Of a stretch of 64,000 nt of DNA, positions 23,901 through 37,440 are shown in pieces. The stretch is from Carcharhinus amblyrhynchos. Taxonomy: Eukaryota. The notes under the pieces were generated by a model. It saw nothing but the letters and a program-made list of their open reading frames with translations, ran no database searches and was not told the DNA's origin. Each line of letters begins with the position of its first letter. The stretch's first letter is position 1. Location: the NCBI GenBank assembly GCA_965287045.1, contig OZ336878.1:83204001-83268000 (forward strand), written 5' to 3'. Made by a program: the position numbers and the translations under genes.

Positions 23901-26900
23901 CCTGCCCAACCACTCCCCCCAACACAATTAAATTAATAACCAACTTAGTGATGACACTACACACACACACAAACACACATGCTCTGGTCTACTATCCAAA
24001 TTAATGTACAGGTCAGTCAGTATTGGGTTAGAACCTGCACTGGGGATAATACTCTTGTAGCTATCTTGAGAAGGAGTACAGACTAGTTTTAAGTTTTTTT
24101 TTAATTGAGAATGTTCCTGCAGGTTGTTGCCTTTGAGTCGTAACTAGTGCTTCCTAGATCTAAATATTTCCACATTCTTTTTGCTTATTTGTAATATTTT
24201 CAATTAGGTTGCAAGATTCCTCGATGCATTGTCTGGCACTGGTTTAGTTCTGAGGTTGAGTAGAATAGGTTTCTATAGATCTGATCCATGTTAATAGGAG
24301 CTATAAGTGCCACTCCAACAGCACAGGTCAAAAGTCAGCAAACCAAACATGCTGCCATCATGGTTGATTTGCATCACTATGGTAATTTAATCTATAGTAT
24401 TTGCATTTTAATAGAGAGTTTAGAAAGTAATATGGTCATGTTTCTATCTTATGATTTGGCATTGCACCCTTGAGCCACCATCTGAACTGATTAATCATTA
24501 CTTATGATCCTAGGGGTCAAAATGAGTGACCACAGTGTTTTATGAATACAGTGCTCGAAAGCTGACATCCTTATGCTATTCTTTAAATGGAGAAAATTGT
24601 CACATGACCAGTGAAAGTCAATAACTCTTGAGTTTCGGTTAATAAAATGACAAGATGATCATCAGTTAGAACATGGTCCTAATGGTCAAATTTTCACTAA
24701 ATTGGGTTAGATGGTGGTCTTTAAGAAGCTTATTATTATACTAATATACGTAAGTTGATGGTGTAAATATTTATTGATGCTCAGCAAGATTAGTTGTTTC
24801 CTACAAATTATAGCATTAAGTACGTTTCAAAACTGCTTCATTGGCTGAAAATCACTTTGGGATGTCACTTTGGGATTTTCTGCGTAAATGCACGATTTCC
24901 ATTTTTGTCCCACCTAACTTGCTTCTTTTTTGTGCAAGCTTTTAGCAGTCCTGGATCACATGTTAACTAAAAGCCTCAAACCACTCTGCTCATATGTTCC
25001 TGTATCCCAACGTCTTATTGCCCCCCTCCTATAGTGAGGTTAGTAACCCTGGAGTGACTAATTGGGACCACCAAACACCCACGATTCTCTTCACACACTA
25101 AAATAAATCCATCTAAAAACACCTCACATTATCTAACTACCGGCTTACTCCAGGAGAGTTGCCTGAATTTCTATGTAGGCTTTACCAAAATGCTTGGAAC
25201 TCTGCTTGAACAGTTCTCTTAAAGTGGTTTAGTAAAGGGAAATTTCACATTATCACAGCACTTGCTAAATTACATCATGTTGAATATTCTCACCACATTA
25301 ATTTAATTGTGTCCTTCCCTTTCTGGAATTCCCAGCTCCTAATGCACTAATAATTCACGTGGGATTAAACAGCACAGGGTGATTGTGATCATCTTGGTAG
25401 GAGTAAAGTCAATCATTAAAGGGATACAATCCTTTTTTTTAAAAGCACAGCCTCCATTCACTGATCCGTAACTTTTTAAAAGAGAAATCAGTAACAACAT
25501 TCAGTAACCTTGCAGATACAAAACTGAAATATTTTCAAAAGTATATGGTTGTATTAGCGGGTAAAATCATTAAGCACAGACACAGAAGTCCAATTATAGG
25601 ATGCCTCCCAGGGCTGGTACAGGGATAGGGGGATCTTAATTCAATTAGTGATCATTGCTATATCATTTCAGATCTGGATCACCTTGCTCCTTTTCCTGCA
25701 CACACAATTTTTAAACTCAGTGAGTGTTGAAATTTCCTCTTAGCACTTACTGCCAGTCCCTGTAAGATAATCCCAGTGTGTCCACCACACAGATAGTTAC
25801 AAGCATCCACAGAACAAAATTCAGAGCCCAGATGACGAATAGATTATTAAAAAATGCAGCAGTACATTTTAGTGCATTTTAACAAATATATATATATATA
25901 CTTGTGTCCTTGGCTATTTCATCTGTTTTTTGAAGGACACTATTCCATGTTTGACTTGTACAGTAGCTTTTCCCTGCCAACAGCACTGTTGATAGTATGA
26001 TGCTTTTGAGTCCTGTTAATTGAACAAAGTGAATATGGAATGTGATTCGTCCTATATTGGTGCTCTCTTTTCCTGCTCCCCTCACTATTGCTGACTAGTT
26101 GCTTGCAATTCCATAATGTAAAAGCAAAGCTTGTCATGCGGTCTTTGTAGTCTGTGGCGTGCCCTGTTGATGATGCACATTGTGATAATTGATGTCTGTG
26201 GAAGATAGATGGTGAATAGATTTCTGTGGTTTAAGTGTTTATCTTGGAGAAGGATGCAATTTCTCCACTTCCCTTTAATAGAATAGCTTGTAAAAATGGT
26301 GATTGGTTTCTCCACTGTATTCAGATGGTTTCTGGTGATCTTGAGTTGTATTTCTGTACACACCACAATCCTGGCATTGTTGGTTTTATAAGCCCCTTTG
26401 TTTATTTTTCTTTTAGTGGGGAACACTTGAAATGTACAACTCCTTCCTCATTTTCTTTTGGCTATCCTGAACTTCTTTATGCAAATGTTATTTTACTGTA
26501 ATTATACTAAAGTACTTTAGTACTAATGTCAGTCCCTAGTTGTAGCTGACTTGTGAACATGCCAACACCTACACTAATTAAGGTGAACCCAGTAATACCG
26601 CTTCAATTAATTCCCCATCACTCTGTCTGTTTCTATGGTGGGATTTCCTGAGCAAGTTTTCTGTTCTGCAGACCCACAAAGGGTTACTGCTCCTCACTCA
26701 AACATGCTTGTGTGAGAGAACAGGATTAGACTGGACTCTGGTACCATGTAACTACTTCAGTCGCTATCTAAACTAACAGTGTGAAGAATGGTCTAATGCC
26801 AATTGTTACCTGCAGTTACCAACCAGCAGACTGAGAATCAAGCACAGGAACCAGTTGTTCTACATGGTTTAGTTTTATATCAGATATTGACTTTATTGTT

Positions 26901-29093
26901 AACCTGTTGAAAGGAATGTGATTTGCAATAAAAGGGAACTTGAGATCTTTATGAAAAACCAAATCCCAAAGGTCAGAGTGCTGATAGACAACTTTCAACA
27001 GAATCCAAATGAGCCACCATCATCATTCTTCCGCTAATCCTACTTTCTCTCTTGTATTTAGCTAACTTTTCCTTAAAATGTCAAGTGTTTAAAAAAAATT
27101 ATATAATGGCAATGTTGCAAACCCAGATTTATATCTGGAATGTAATCTCTCACATGCACCAATAGTTTTTTTTTGCAGAAAGCAGTGTTGCTGAGGATAT
27201 TGGACAGTATAGTCTCCAAATTGAGTTCTTGGTCTGGAGTAGGGGGCATATAGTTGGCCTCAATGCCTAAGCCTTAGGAAGAGGAAAAGACTCAGCTTTT
27301 GAAATCTGGTTAATCCAGAAAGTCCTGTTGGAGCTCCATGTGTGAGTATGGGCAATCAGAAGCCCTTGTGCTCAAATATGCACTGGTACTCACTGGCCAA
27401 GGCACTGGGGATAGTTGATACCCTTAGGGTTGTACACCACAAGGCAGCAATACCAGGTCTGACCTTACTCTATGGCAATTGGAACCCCATAAAGGCTATT
27501 CTGTAGAATTTTTATCCTGAAGAGAATCCTATAATCTTCAAATTTCAATGGTTAGGTTTGATTTAAAATGGCTCTTTTGACAAGCTAACGTGGATTTGAT
27601 GTAATAAATTCCGTAAGGATGATGTGGCAAATCTAAATAATCAAGTTTACTTGCCAAAGTTGATAACCCGTTCCCAGTGACCAAACAAAAATTGCAGGAC
27701 ATTTGATTTGCTCATCCCTTCCATTAGTTCCTGTTCCGTCTATCTTGTTGAGGGAAGTCATCTAACCTTAAGCATGTATCCCCACCACTGAGGTTCTTAG
27801 ACAGCTATTCAGCATGAATCTGCCTGCACATCATGACTGCAGCATTGGGTTGCTAGACGTATAACATAGATTCCAGAGTGCTGTTGGAGGGAAGTAGAGT
27901 AAAAGGATAATCGAGGATGGAATCTCTCTCTACTTTGCTCCAGAATCCACTTAGGTTCATCCTCTCAAGTTTCCACCTTAACCTTTTAGCGCTCTGATAG
28001 TTTCTATGGTTGGACTATAAGAGTAGCCATAGCATGATTTGACCAGTGTAAAGTGATGACATATTTCCTCATGCCAATCTTTTCCCATATCATTAACTGG
28101 TGCATCTGCCTAACTTGGAGTTGTATATTGCATATGTTCCCTTTGAAAAGCTTTTCCCATTGCCACGAGTGCGTGTATCTTGCCAGCACTGCCTTTCACC
28201 TTCCTGTGGTCCACTTAAACAGACAAGTTTTTCTTTTGTTTTTGCCAATTTTTTAATACAACCCACCAGAAAATTCAAGAGGTTACAATCAAAAATAAAC
28301 CTGTACTAGTGAAGGTTTCTATCGTACAGCTGTAATCAGTGTTTGTTTGTACAAAGTATCAATGATCAGCAATCAGTATTACCTCTAATGTACAAAGATT
28401 GGTGTAAAATTTGTTCTTGTTAGTTTGTTTTTAGATGATCTATATGTGGGTTTTTCAAACCACTCCCATCCTTTCTAGGAAATGAAGTTGTTTCTCTTCG
28501 TCACCTGTATTTTCTTGTACAACATTTTAATCCTCTAAAAGTCAGGAGTGATTGTAATTTTCTTTTGATTTGTAAATAATTAGCAAGCTAATGCAAGCTG
28601 TCAGGATACAATGCTTTTGGCTTGTTTCATTTCTAATAACAAATATTGGAAAGTGCCATTCACCTTCCCCCAACTAATCAAGTCCCAAATTGGGGAGATG
28701 GTCAACGTATGAAGCGTTGAATGTTCAGTTCCTCAAAGTTAGAATGTTATAAAAATGTTCTTCAAGAAATAGGGATGATCATGATTGATTTTATATATCA
28801 CAGCATTCTGACATTCCTAGTACTATTTCTGATAGTCTTTAGTTTCAATAGAATTGTCCTGATGCCATCTGTATTTATTCAGTTACTCTTTAACCGGTTA
28901 ATGTTACCTTGGGATGACTGTGTCTCTGATCCCAACTTTCTCTCAGTCTCAGAGATGTGCTGGTGACAATGAGGGGAAGATTTTGTTCTGATTTCGATGT
29001 TAACACTTGTGAAATTTTATATTGTACCGTCTCTGCATCTTATTCTGCTGAACGGGATTTTTACTACCACAAATTGTTACCCGTTAGTTCTGA

Positions 29094-29099
29094 AATAAA
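29094..29099 (+). terminator. Candidate distal polyadenylation signal (AATAAA) of XPR1
   Basis: ctgaaataaaattttac at the boundary between the unique block and the repeat-dense block. Confidence 0.45.
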
Positions 29100-29607
29100 A
29101 TTTTACTCCTGCATTCGGAATTGGAATAATTGACCTGATGTCACATGCCTTTCCCCACTGGTGTTGCAAAAGAGTCATCATCAACCATTCACATTTATAT
29201 CCGAATCTCAACAAAGGTCAGTTACAGAAATGGTAAGCAGTGTTGTGATATTGAGTAGTTATGGCTCGCCAGGTACAAAAACACAACCAAAGTGTGGCCA
29301 TGTTTTGAGGCACAATCAGAGAACATTGCAGGTGAGATGAGCACACGTAAGAGAAAACATAAGTGAAGACCATAAGTCATAGGAGCAGAAGTAGACCATT
29401 CAGCCCCTTGACTCTGCTCCACCATTCAATGAGATATGATCTTCAACTTCACTTTTCAGCTTTAACCCCTTAACCCTTGATTTATTACTGATTAAAAATC
29501 CATCTCAGACACGAACATACTTAACCCAACCACCACAGCCCTCTGCAATAAACAATTCCACAGGTTCACTATCTTCTGAGAGAAGAAATTCCTCCTCTGT
29601 CTTCAAA

Positions 29608-29945
29608 CGGCATGGTGACACAGTGGTTAGCACTGCTCCCTCAGCACCAGAGACCCGGATTCAATCTCACCTTGGGTGACTGTTTGGAATTTGTATATTC
29701 TCCCCTTATCTGCATGGGTTTCTTCCAGGTGTTCCCACAGTCCAAAGATGTGCAGGTTAGGTGGATTGGCCTTGCTAAATTGCCCCATAGTTTCCAAAAT
29801 GGGTAGGTTAGGGGGATTAGCCATGGTAAATGTACAGGGTTATGGGACAGAGGGGTAGGCCTGGATGAGATGCTCTTTCAGAGAGTCAGTGCAGATTCGA
29901 TGAGCAGATGGCCTCTTTCTGCACTGTAGGGATTTCATGGATTCT
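29608..29945 (+). mobile_element. V-SINE inserted in an antisense CR1 tail (about 29355-30120)
   Basis: tRNA head and V domain; the host CR1 continues on both sides (cctctgtctt...taaatgggtgacccc). Confidence 0.85.
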
Positions 29946-30236
29946 AAATGGGTGACCCCTCATTCAGAGATTATGCCCTGTTGTCCTAGACTCTCCAACA
30001 AGGGGAAACAACTTCAGTATCTACTCTGTCAAGCCCCCTGAGAATCCTCTATGTCCCAGAAAGACTGCCTCTCGTTCTTCTAAGTTAGCCTCAGCCTACT
30101 CAACTTCTCATGAGAACATTTCCATTTCAGCACATCTCAACTTTTGCAAAGGGATTATATATCAATTCCCTGGCATCACTAATCATTTAATTTAACCTTG
30201 TGCCTTCTGATTCTGTTCTACTTGAACTGTTCCAGC

Positions 30237-30610
30237 TAGGATTATTGAGACTCCAGGATTGTCCTGGAGCCTCGATAATCCTAGCTGGAGCAGTTCAGGA
30301 TTCTCCTGCAGTCTCCATGGATTGAAGATCAATCTCCAGCACAGTTTATTTGACCCTGGAGAAAAATCATCAGGACACTAAAGATATATTTCTAAAAATT
30401 TCTTTGCACATTTCTCTTTAGCGGGTATAACAATATTGAAAATGGATGTTTGGCCGATAGTCACACAACATCTAGTTGGGTAATAAATCTTTTTACTTTC
30501 TAATTGGCTCAGTAAGGCAGTACATCACAAGGATGAATGTGTTAGCCAACACGTGGCTGGAGCACAAAGGTAAGTCATGTGCATATATTTAATTACAGTT
30601 GGCAACCTTA
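30237..30610. mobile_element. Possible hAT-type MITE remnant
   Basis: Right end gttggcaacctta, decayed left end taggg, internal ctccagga/tcctggag repeats. Confidence 0.4.
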
Positions 30611-30984
30611 CCTTCAACCTCCACTGGATTTTGATCAAAGAAATTGTTTAAAAATGAATGGAAAGTTGGAGAGCTGGAGTACAATAGGGTGGATGTTACA
30701 TTGACTTTAAAACTAAACTCTGTTTCAGTCCTCTCTGGAATACTTCATTAAGTTCTGAGCCTCAGGAAGGATATATTTGAGGGGGTGCAATACACATTCA
30801 CCAGAATAATGCCAGTGCAAATGGATTAAGTTATGAATTTAGATTGCTTAGACCAGACTTCTATTCCCTTGAATATAGCAAATTAGGGGGTGATCTGATT
30901 GAGGTGTTTATGATGTTTAAATTGATATAGTAGATGGAAATTGCCTTGTCTGCTGGGACAGTCCAGAACAGAAGACACTTAAAT

Positions 30985-33900
30985 AAGAACATAAAAAGTA
31001 GGAGTAGAAGTACAATCATGGCTGGTCTCATCTTGGTGTCGACTCAAATTTCCTATCCATTCTCCATAACCCTTCAATTTATTACTAATTAATATTTTCA
31101 GCTCCTCAAATTTACTCAATGACCCAGCATCCACTACACTCTGGGGTAATGGATTCCACAGTTTCATGACCTTTTGAAAGAAGTTGTTCCTTCATTACAG
31201 GTGGCTGCAGGGTGACAGAGACTGGGAGCTGAATGTACAGGGCTATCAAGTGTTTAGGAAGGATAGGCAGGAGGGAAAAGTGGGGGGCGTAGCTCTGCTG
31301 ATTAAGGATAGCATCACGGTGGTAGCAAGGGATGATATTGGAGCCAGGGAGCAGAACGTGGAATCGTTGTGGGTAGAGATTAGGAACAGCAAAGGGAGGA
31401 AGACGCTGGTGGGTGTCGTCTATAGGCCCCCGAATCATGATCTGGAGGTGAGGCGGGCTGTTAACGCGCAAATAAGTGTGGCGTGCAGGAATGGGGCGGC
31501 CGCAGTTATGGGGGATTTCAATCTGCATATTGATTGGTCGACCCATGTTGGACGCGGTGGGCTCGAGGAGGAGTTCTTGGAATGCTGCTGGGATAGTTTC
31601 CTGGAACAGTGTGTGTTGGAGCCGACGAGGGAGCGAGCTATCTTGGATCTGGTGCTATGTAATGAGGTGGGTAGAATTAGGGACCTTGCGGTGAAGGATC
31701 CTCTTGGGGAGAGTGATCATTGTATGGTGGAGTTTCTGGTGCAGATGGAGGAGGAGAAAGTGAGTTCCCGGACACGCGTACTTTGTTTGAATAGAGGGGA
31801 GTACGGTAGGATGAGAGAAGAATTGGCAAATGTGGACTGGGGGAGCGCGTTGGAGGGAGGGTCTGCTGAGGAGCAGTGGAGGACCTTTAAGGAGATCTTT
31901 CTTGGTGCTCAGCGGAAATTTATTCCGATGGTCAAAAAGGACCGTAGGAGGAGAGGTAATAAGCCGTGGATAACGAAGGAGGTGAAGGAAAGTGTAAAAT
32001 TAAAAGCGGAGGAATTCAGAGTAGCTAAGAGTAGTGGGCGAGAAGAGGATTGGGAGAGGTTTAAACGTCAACAAAGATTGACAAAGAAGTTGATAAAGAA
32101 GGGTAGGAGAAACTATGAAGCTGGGCTAGCGCTTAATATAAAAAAGGATAGCAAGAGTTTTTATAAATATATAAAAAGGAAGAGGCTGGCTAGGGTGAAC
32201 TTTGGTCCTTTAGAGGATGAGAAAGGGGACCTAGTGGTAGGGGATGGGGATATGGCTAAGGTATTGAATAACTTTTTTGTTTCTGTCTTCACGGAGGAGG
32301 ACGTGAATAATTTGCCGGGTGTTAGCGATGGAAAGGTGGTAGGACTGGAGGGTCTTAATGACGTTACTGTTACTAGAGAGGCGGTGCTCGACAGACTGGA
32401 GGGGCTGATTGTGGACAAGTCCCCAGGACCGGATGGAATGCATCCGAGGGTTCTGAAAGAAATGGCGGAGGTGATAGTGGATGCCTTGGTGGTTTTTTTC
32501 CAGACGTCGCTGGATTCTGGGGAAGTGCCGGATGATTGGAAAACGGCTAATGTTACGCCATTGTTTAAGAAGGGTGCCAGGCAAAAGGTGGGGAATTATA
32601 GGCCGGTTAGTTTAACGTCTGTGGTAGGTAAAATGTTAGAATCTGTCATTAAGGAGGAAATTGCGAGGCATCTTGAAGGGAATTGCTTGATAGAGCAGAC
32701 GCAGCACGGTTTCATTAAAGGGAAGTCGTGTCTGACAAATTTACTGGAGTTCTATGAGGATGTGTCTAGGGCAGTGGATAGAGGAGAGCCGGTGGATGTG
32801 GTCTTTCTAGATTTTCAGAAGGAGTTTGACAAAGAACCTCACAAGAGGTTATTGCAGAAGGTCGAGGGACATGGAGTTGGGGGTAGGGTGTTAGCGTGGA
32901 TAGAGGATTGGTTGTCAAATAGGAGGCAGAGAGTGGGGGTCAACGGGTGCTATTCGGATTGGCGGATGGTGACTAGTGGAGTGCCCCAGGGGTCGGTGCT
33001 GGGGCCTCAGCTTTTTACCATTTACATAGATGATCTGGAGGAGGGAACCGAGTGTAGGGTGTCGAAATTTGCTGATGACACCAAGATTGGGGGAACGGCA
33101 AATTGTGCGGAGGGTGTGGAGAGTCTGCAGAAGGATCTAGATAGTCTGGGCGAATGGGCCAGGAAATGGCAAATGGAATTTAATGTTGGCAAGTGTGAGG
33201 TGGTCCACTTTGGTAGGAATAATGGTAGGAAGGACTATTACTTACGTGGCGAAAAACTGCAGCAGGCGACGGTGCAGAGGGACCTCGGGGTCCTTGTGCA
33301 TGAGTCGCAAAAACCCAGCTTGCAGGTGCAGCAGGTGGTCAGGAAGGTGAATGGGATGCTGGCCTTCATAGCGAGGGGGATTGAATATAAAAGTAGGGAG
33401 GTCTTGCTGCAGCTGTATAGGGCATTGGTGAGGCCGCAGCTGGAGTACTGTGTGCAGTTTTGGGCGCCGCACCTGCGCAAAGATATTTTGGCCTTGGAGG
33501 GAGTGCAGAGGAGGTTTACTAGGCTGATACCGGAGTTGAGGGGGTTGAGCTATGAGGAGAGGCTGAATAAACTAGGCTTGTACTCGTTAGAATTTAGAAG
33601 AATGAGGGGAGATCTCATTGAGACGTATAAGATGATGAATGGGATGGATAGGATAGAGGTGGAGAGACTCTTCCCGCTCAGAAAGGACAGTAGGACTAGG
33701 GGGCACAGCCTCAAGATAAAGGGGGTGCGGTTTAGAACGGAGTTGAGGAGGAACTTCTTCACTCAAAGGGTGGTGAATCTCTGGAATTCTCTGCCCGTTG
33801 AGGTGGTGGAGGCTGCCTCGCTAAATATTTTTAAGACGCGGGTTGATGGGTTTTTGATAAGCAAGGGGATTAAGGGTTATGGGGAGAGTGCGGGAATGTG

Positions 33901-34395
33901 GAACTGAGCCACGACAGATCAGCCATGATCTTATTGAATGGCGGGGCAGGCTCGAAGGGCTAGATGGCCTACTCCTGCTCCTATTTCTTATGTTCTTATG
34001 TTCTAATCTTGGATTTAAATCTCCTACCTCATCCTGAAACTATGACTTCTTGTTCTAGCTTACCCTATAAGAGGGAACATCCTCTCTACATCTACTTTGT
34101 CAATCTCCTTTATCTTATATACCTCAATTAGATCTCCTCTCATTCTTCTAAACTCTAGAGATTTTAGGCTTAAACTGCTCAATCTGTCTTCATAAAATAA
34201 TCTCATATCTGGAATCAATCTGGTGAACCTAACTGTCTCCAATGCAACTACATCCCTCCTCAAGTAAGGGGACCAAAATTGTGCACAATACTCCAGGTGC
34301 AGTCTCACTAATGTCTTGTACAGTTGCAGCAACACTTGTCTACTTTTATACTCTGTTCCTTTAGCAATAAATGCCAAAATTCTATTTGCAATGTA
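30985..34395 (-). mobile_element. Older CR1 3' fragment split by the young CR1 (30985-31199 and 34004-34395)
   Basis: Minus ORFs 34060-34410 (LEYCAQFWSPYLRRD...RRMRGDLIEVYK) and 30979-31167 (LWNPLPQSVVDAGS) are consecutive parts of the CR1 ORF2 C-terminus. Confidence 0.85.
31200..34003 (+). mobile_element. Young 5'-truncated CR1 LINE with uninterrupted ORF2 (APE endonuclease + RT)
   Basis: ORF 31184-33907 contains GVVYRPP, MGDFN, LDLVL, SDH (endonuclease) and NYRPVSL, QHGF, GVPQGSVLGP, FADD (RT). 3' UTR ends in a (ttcttatg)n tail. Homology starts at WLQGD, just after the expected ET of ETW; the called TTG start is in flanking DNA. Confidence 0.95.
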
Positions 34396-35044
34396 ATTTT
34401 CAATTTCCACTTTTGCTCATAAAGGACGGTAGAAATCTGGAACTCTTAAAAAAAAGTTGGATGTTTGAAAATTTTCAAACAGGACACTTTGGCCTGAGCT
34501 GAGATTTCTTCTCCATTGTCTGTGTAATCAGTCTTCTTTGAAAATAAGGTTGTTGGCTGTAGTTCTCCACATTCCTTTTATTTAATGCATATTCCACCAG
34601 AGTTATGATGTTTCTGAATTAACTTGTCCCAATAATTTTGTTAATTGATGTTGAGTTGTTGTAAAGCAGCTATTTGGAATAGTTGCTTTTTGGCATTACA
34701 AAGTTGTGCAGTTTGTAAGGATTGAGTTTATACTGATCAGTGGTTACAACAAGACATTGATTTCCATCAGTAGTTTTAAAAATTAGATGTATTGAAATAT
34801 TAAATATTTGTAAATTTCAGTGTAGAGTATGGTTTTGATCTGGGATTTCTGGGGTGCTTACACAAATCCTGATCAAATTTCACACTTTATAATGAGGTCA
34901 TTCTGTCTCCATTACAGTGGGAGGAGGGTATTAATCTTGATTGGCATGTCTAAGATATTTAAAGTGTGGTAAATGTAAAGAGTGGTTTATCTGCTGCAGA
35001 TGTAATTATAGTTATTTGATGATACAAGTAATGTGTTGTTACTA

Positions 35045-36470
35045 TGGGGATCCTGTAGATGTAGTGTATCTGGACTTCCAAAAGGCATTTGATAAGGTGC
35101 CGCACAAAAGTTTAATACACAGGGTAAAATCCCATGGGGCCAGGGGTAATATATTAGCTTGGATAGAGGAATGGCAGCCAACAGAAAGCACAGAGTGAGA
35201 ATAAAAGAGTCTTTTACTGATTGGCAAGATGTAATTTGTGCTGTGCTACAGGCCCCAGCTGTTTACAATCTATTTTAATGGCTTGGCTGCAGGGCAGGCA
35301 ATGGTGTATTGGTATTGTTACTGGACCACTAATCCAAGGGGACCCCACAGCAGAAATTTGAATTCAATAAAAATCTGGAACTGAAAGTTTATGATGACTT
35401 GATGATGACCATGAAACCATTTCTGACTGTCATAAAAACCCATCTGGTTCACTAATGATCTTTAAGGAAGGAAATCTGCCATCCTTACGAGGTCTGGCTT
35501 ACATGTGACTCTAGACCCATTCTTAAATGTCCTTGCGGATAAGCAATAAATGCCAACGCAGCCAGTAATGCCCACATTCCATAAATTAATTTTAAAAAAT
35601 TGCAGATGGCACTAAACTAGGTGGGAAAGCAAGTTGCAATGAGGAAATAACCAATCCATATCCAATTGTAAATTTCTTAAGTGAATGGGCCAAAATTTGG
35701 CGGATGGAATTTAACATGGAAAAGTGGAAGTTATCTGTTTGGTTGGAGGAATAAAAAGGCAACTTATCTAAGTGGAGAAAAGCTCCAAAATGCTTCAGTG
35801 CAGAAAGATCTGGGTGTCCTCGTGCATGAATCACAGAAAGTTAGTATGCAGGTACAGCAGGTAATGAGAAATTCAAATGGAATTTTGATATTTATTGCTA
35901 ACAGTATAAAAGTAGGAAAGTGCTGTTTCAATTGTACAGGGCATTAACGAGACTGCATCTGGAGTACTGTGCACTGTTTTGGTCCCTTTACTTGAGGAAG
36001 GATGTAGATGCATCAGAAGCAGTTTGGAGAAGGTTCACTAGATTGATGCCAGGGATGAAAGACTTGTCTTACAAAGAGAGATCAAGCAGTTTAGGCCCAT
36101 CTTTGCCAGAGTTTAGAATGAGACGGAAATGTAATTGAGATATATAAGATGTTAAAGGGAATTGGTAGGGTTGACATGTAGTGGATGTTTCCCCTTGTTG
36201 ACATTCTAGAACAAGAGGATGTGGTTTTAAACTAAGGGGTGATGGATTGAAACAAAAATGAGGAGGAATTTTTCATGCAAAGGGTGGTGAATCTGTGAAA
36301 TTCTCTATCCTAGAGTGCAGTGGAGATAGATTTTAATAAGGGATGAAGGTGGAATTCGGACATAGATAAAATCAGCCATGATTGAATTGATTGGTGGAGC
36401 AGGCTCAAGGGGCTGAATTGCCCTCCCGCACCCCGCCCCCCCCCCCACCAACTCCTAGTTCTTATGTTTA
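35045..36470 (+). mobile_element. Decayed CR1 RT/3' fragment interrupted by a SINE at about 35300-35595
   Basis: GDPVDVVYLDFQKAFDKVPH and LEYCALFWS motifs plus a CR1 tail. Confidence 0.8.
35300..35595 (+). mobile_element. tRNA-headed SINE with ggttcactaatg...gactctagaccc core and caataaatg tail (MER131-like by recollection)
   Basis: Related copies at about 42750-43030 and, split, at 45880-46095 plus 46580-46705. Confidence 0.65.
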
Positions 36471-37197
36471 TGAAAGTTTCTAATTAAATGCAGGTAGTTC
36501 TATCAGCTTATTGGTGAACCCTTAGTTGTACTGGCTGGTGTGACCTGAAGTTTATTAAAGACTTTATGACAGGTACCGATTACAAAGTCTGCTTGGCACA
36601 TTTAGTACATGCACCAGTATTTAATTGAGTGATGCCAGATGATCATTCCAGGTAATAATCGTTTTTAAAGTTCTTTTAATCCAGGTTGTAAATGGTTCTG
36701 ACAGAGTCATAGAGTTTTACAGCACACAAAGACATCTTTTGGCCTATCATACCTGCACTGCACCATCAGGCACCAATCTATTCTAATTCAGTTTTGCAGC
36801 ACTTGGTCCATAGTCATGTATGTTACAGCATTTCAAGTGCTCATCTAAATACTACTTAAATGCTGTGAGGGTTCCCACATCTACCGTCGGGCACCAATCT
36901 ATTCTAATTCAATTTACATTTACAGTCTGGATTAAAAGAACTTTAAAAACAATTATTACCTGGAATTATCATCTGGCATCATTCAATTAAATACTGATGC
37001 ATGTGCTAAATGTGCCAAGCAGACTTTGTAATCAGTACCTGCCATCTTGCATTTAATAAACTTCAGATCACACTAGCCAGTACAACTAAGAGACACCAGT
37101 AGGTTGATAGAACTACCTGCATTTAATTAGAAACTTATACAAACATAAAAACCAGGAGAGGGGGCAGGCAGTTCAGCCCCTCAAGCCTGCTCCACCA
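36392..37197. repeat. Inverted duplication, arms 36392-36694 and 36917-37197
   Basis: For example tttctaattaaatgcaggtagttctatca versus tgatagaactacctgcatttaattagaaa; the arms include non-repeat sequence. Confidence 0.92.
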
Positions 37198-37440
37198 TCA
37201 GGCACCAATCTATTCTAATTCAATTTTCCAGTACTTGGTCCATAGTCTTGTATGTTATGGTGTTTTAAGTGCTCAAATAAATACTTAAATGTTGTGAGGG
37301 CTCCCACCTCTGCCACTCTTTCAGGCAGTGAGTTCCAGATTCCCAACATCCTGTGGGTGAAATTTTTTTTCTCAAATCCCTTCTAAATCTTCTGCCCATT
37401 TACCTTAAATCTATGCCCCTGGATTATTGACTCCTCAACT

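Larger units (their letters stand above)
17074..29120 (+). other. Putative long 3' UTR of XPR1
   Basis: AT-rich unique sequence almost free of CR1/SINE copies. U-rich and TGTA motifs toward the distal end; AATAAA at 28294-28299 and 29094-29099, after which dense repeats resume. A more proximal AATAAA lies near 19127. Confidence 0.5.

Noticed and set aside
26505-26522. 18-bp perfect palindrome tactaaagtactttagta
   Set aside because: A 9-bp AT-rich half-site is plausible by chance in 64 kb.
17576-28966. Many 60-113 aa ORFs in the repeat-poor block as a hidden gene such as KIAA1614
   Set aside because: No recognisable homology, coding-like composition or consistent splice-phase chain.
31184-33907. 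907-aa ORF as a host gene or autonomous retroelement
   Set aside because: Its TTG start lies in the flanking antisense CR1, the endonuclease N-terminus and ORF1 are missing, and it ends in a CR1 tail.
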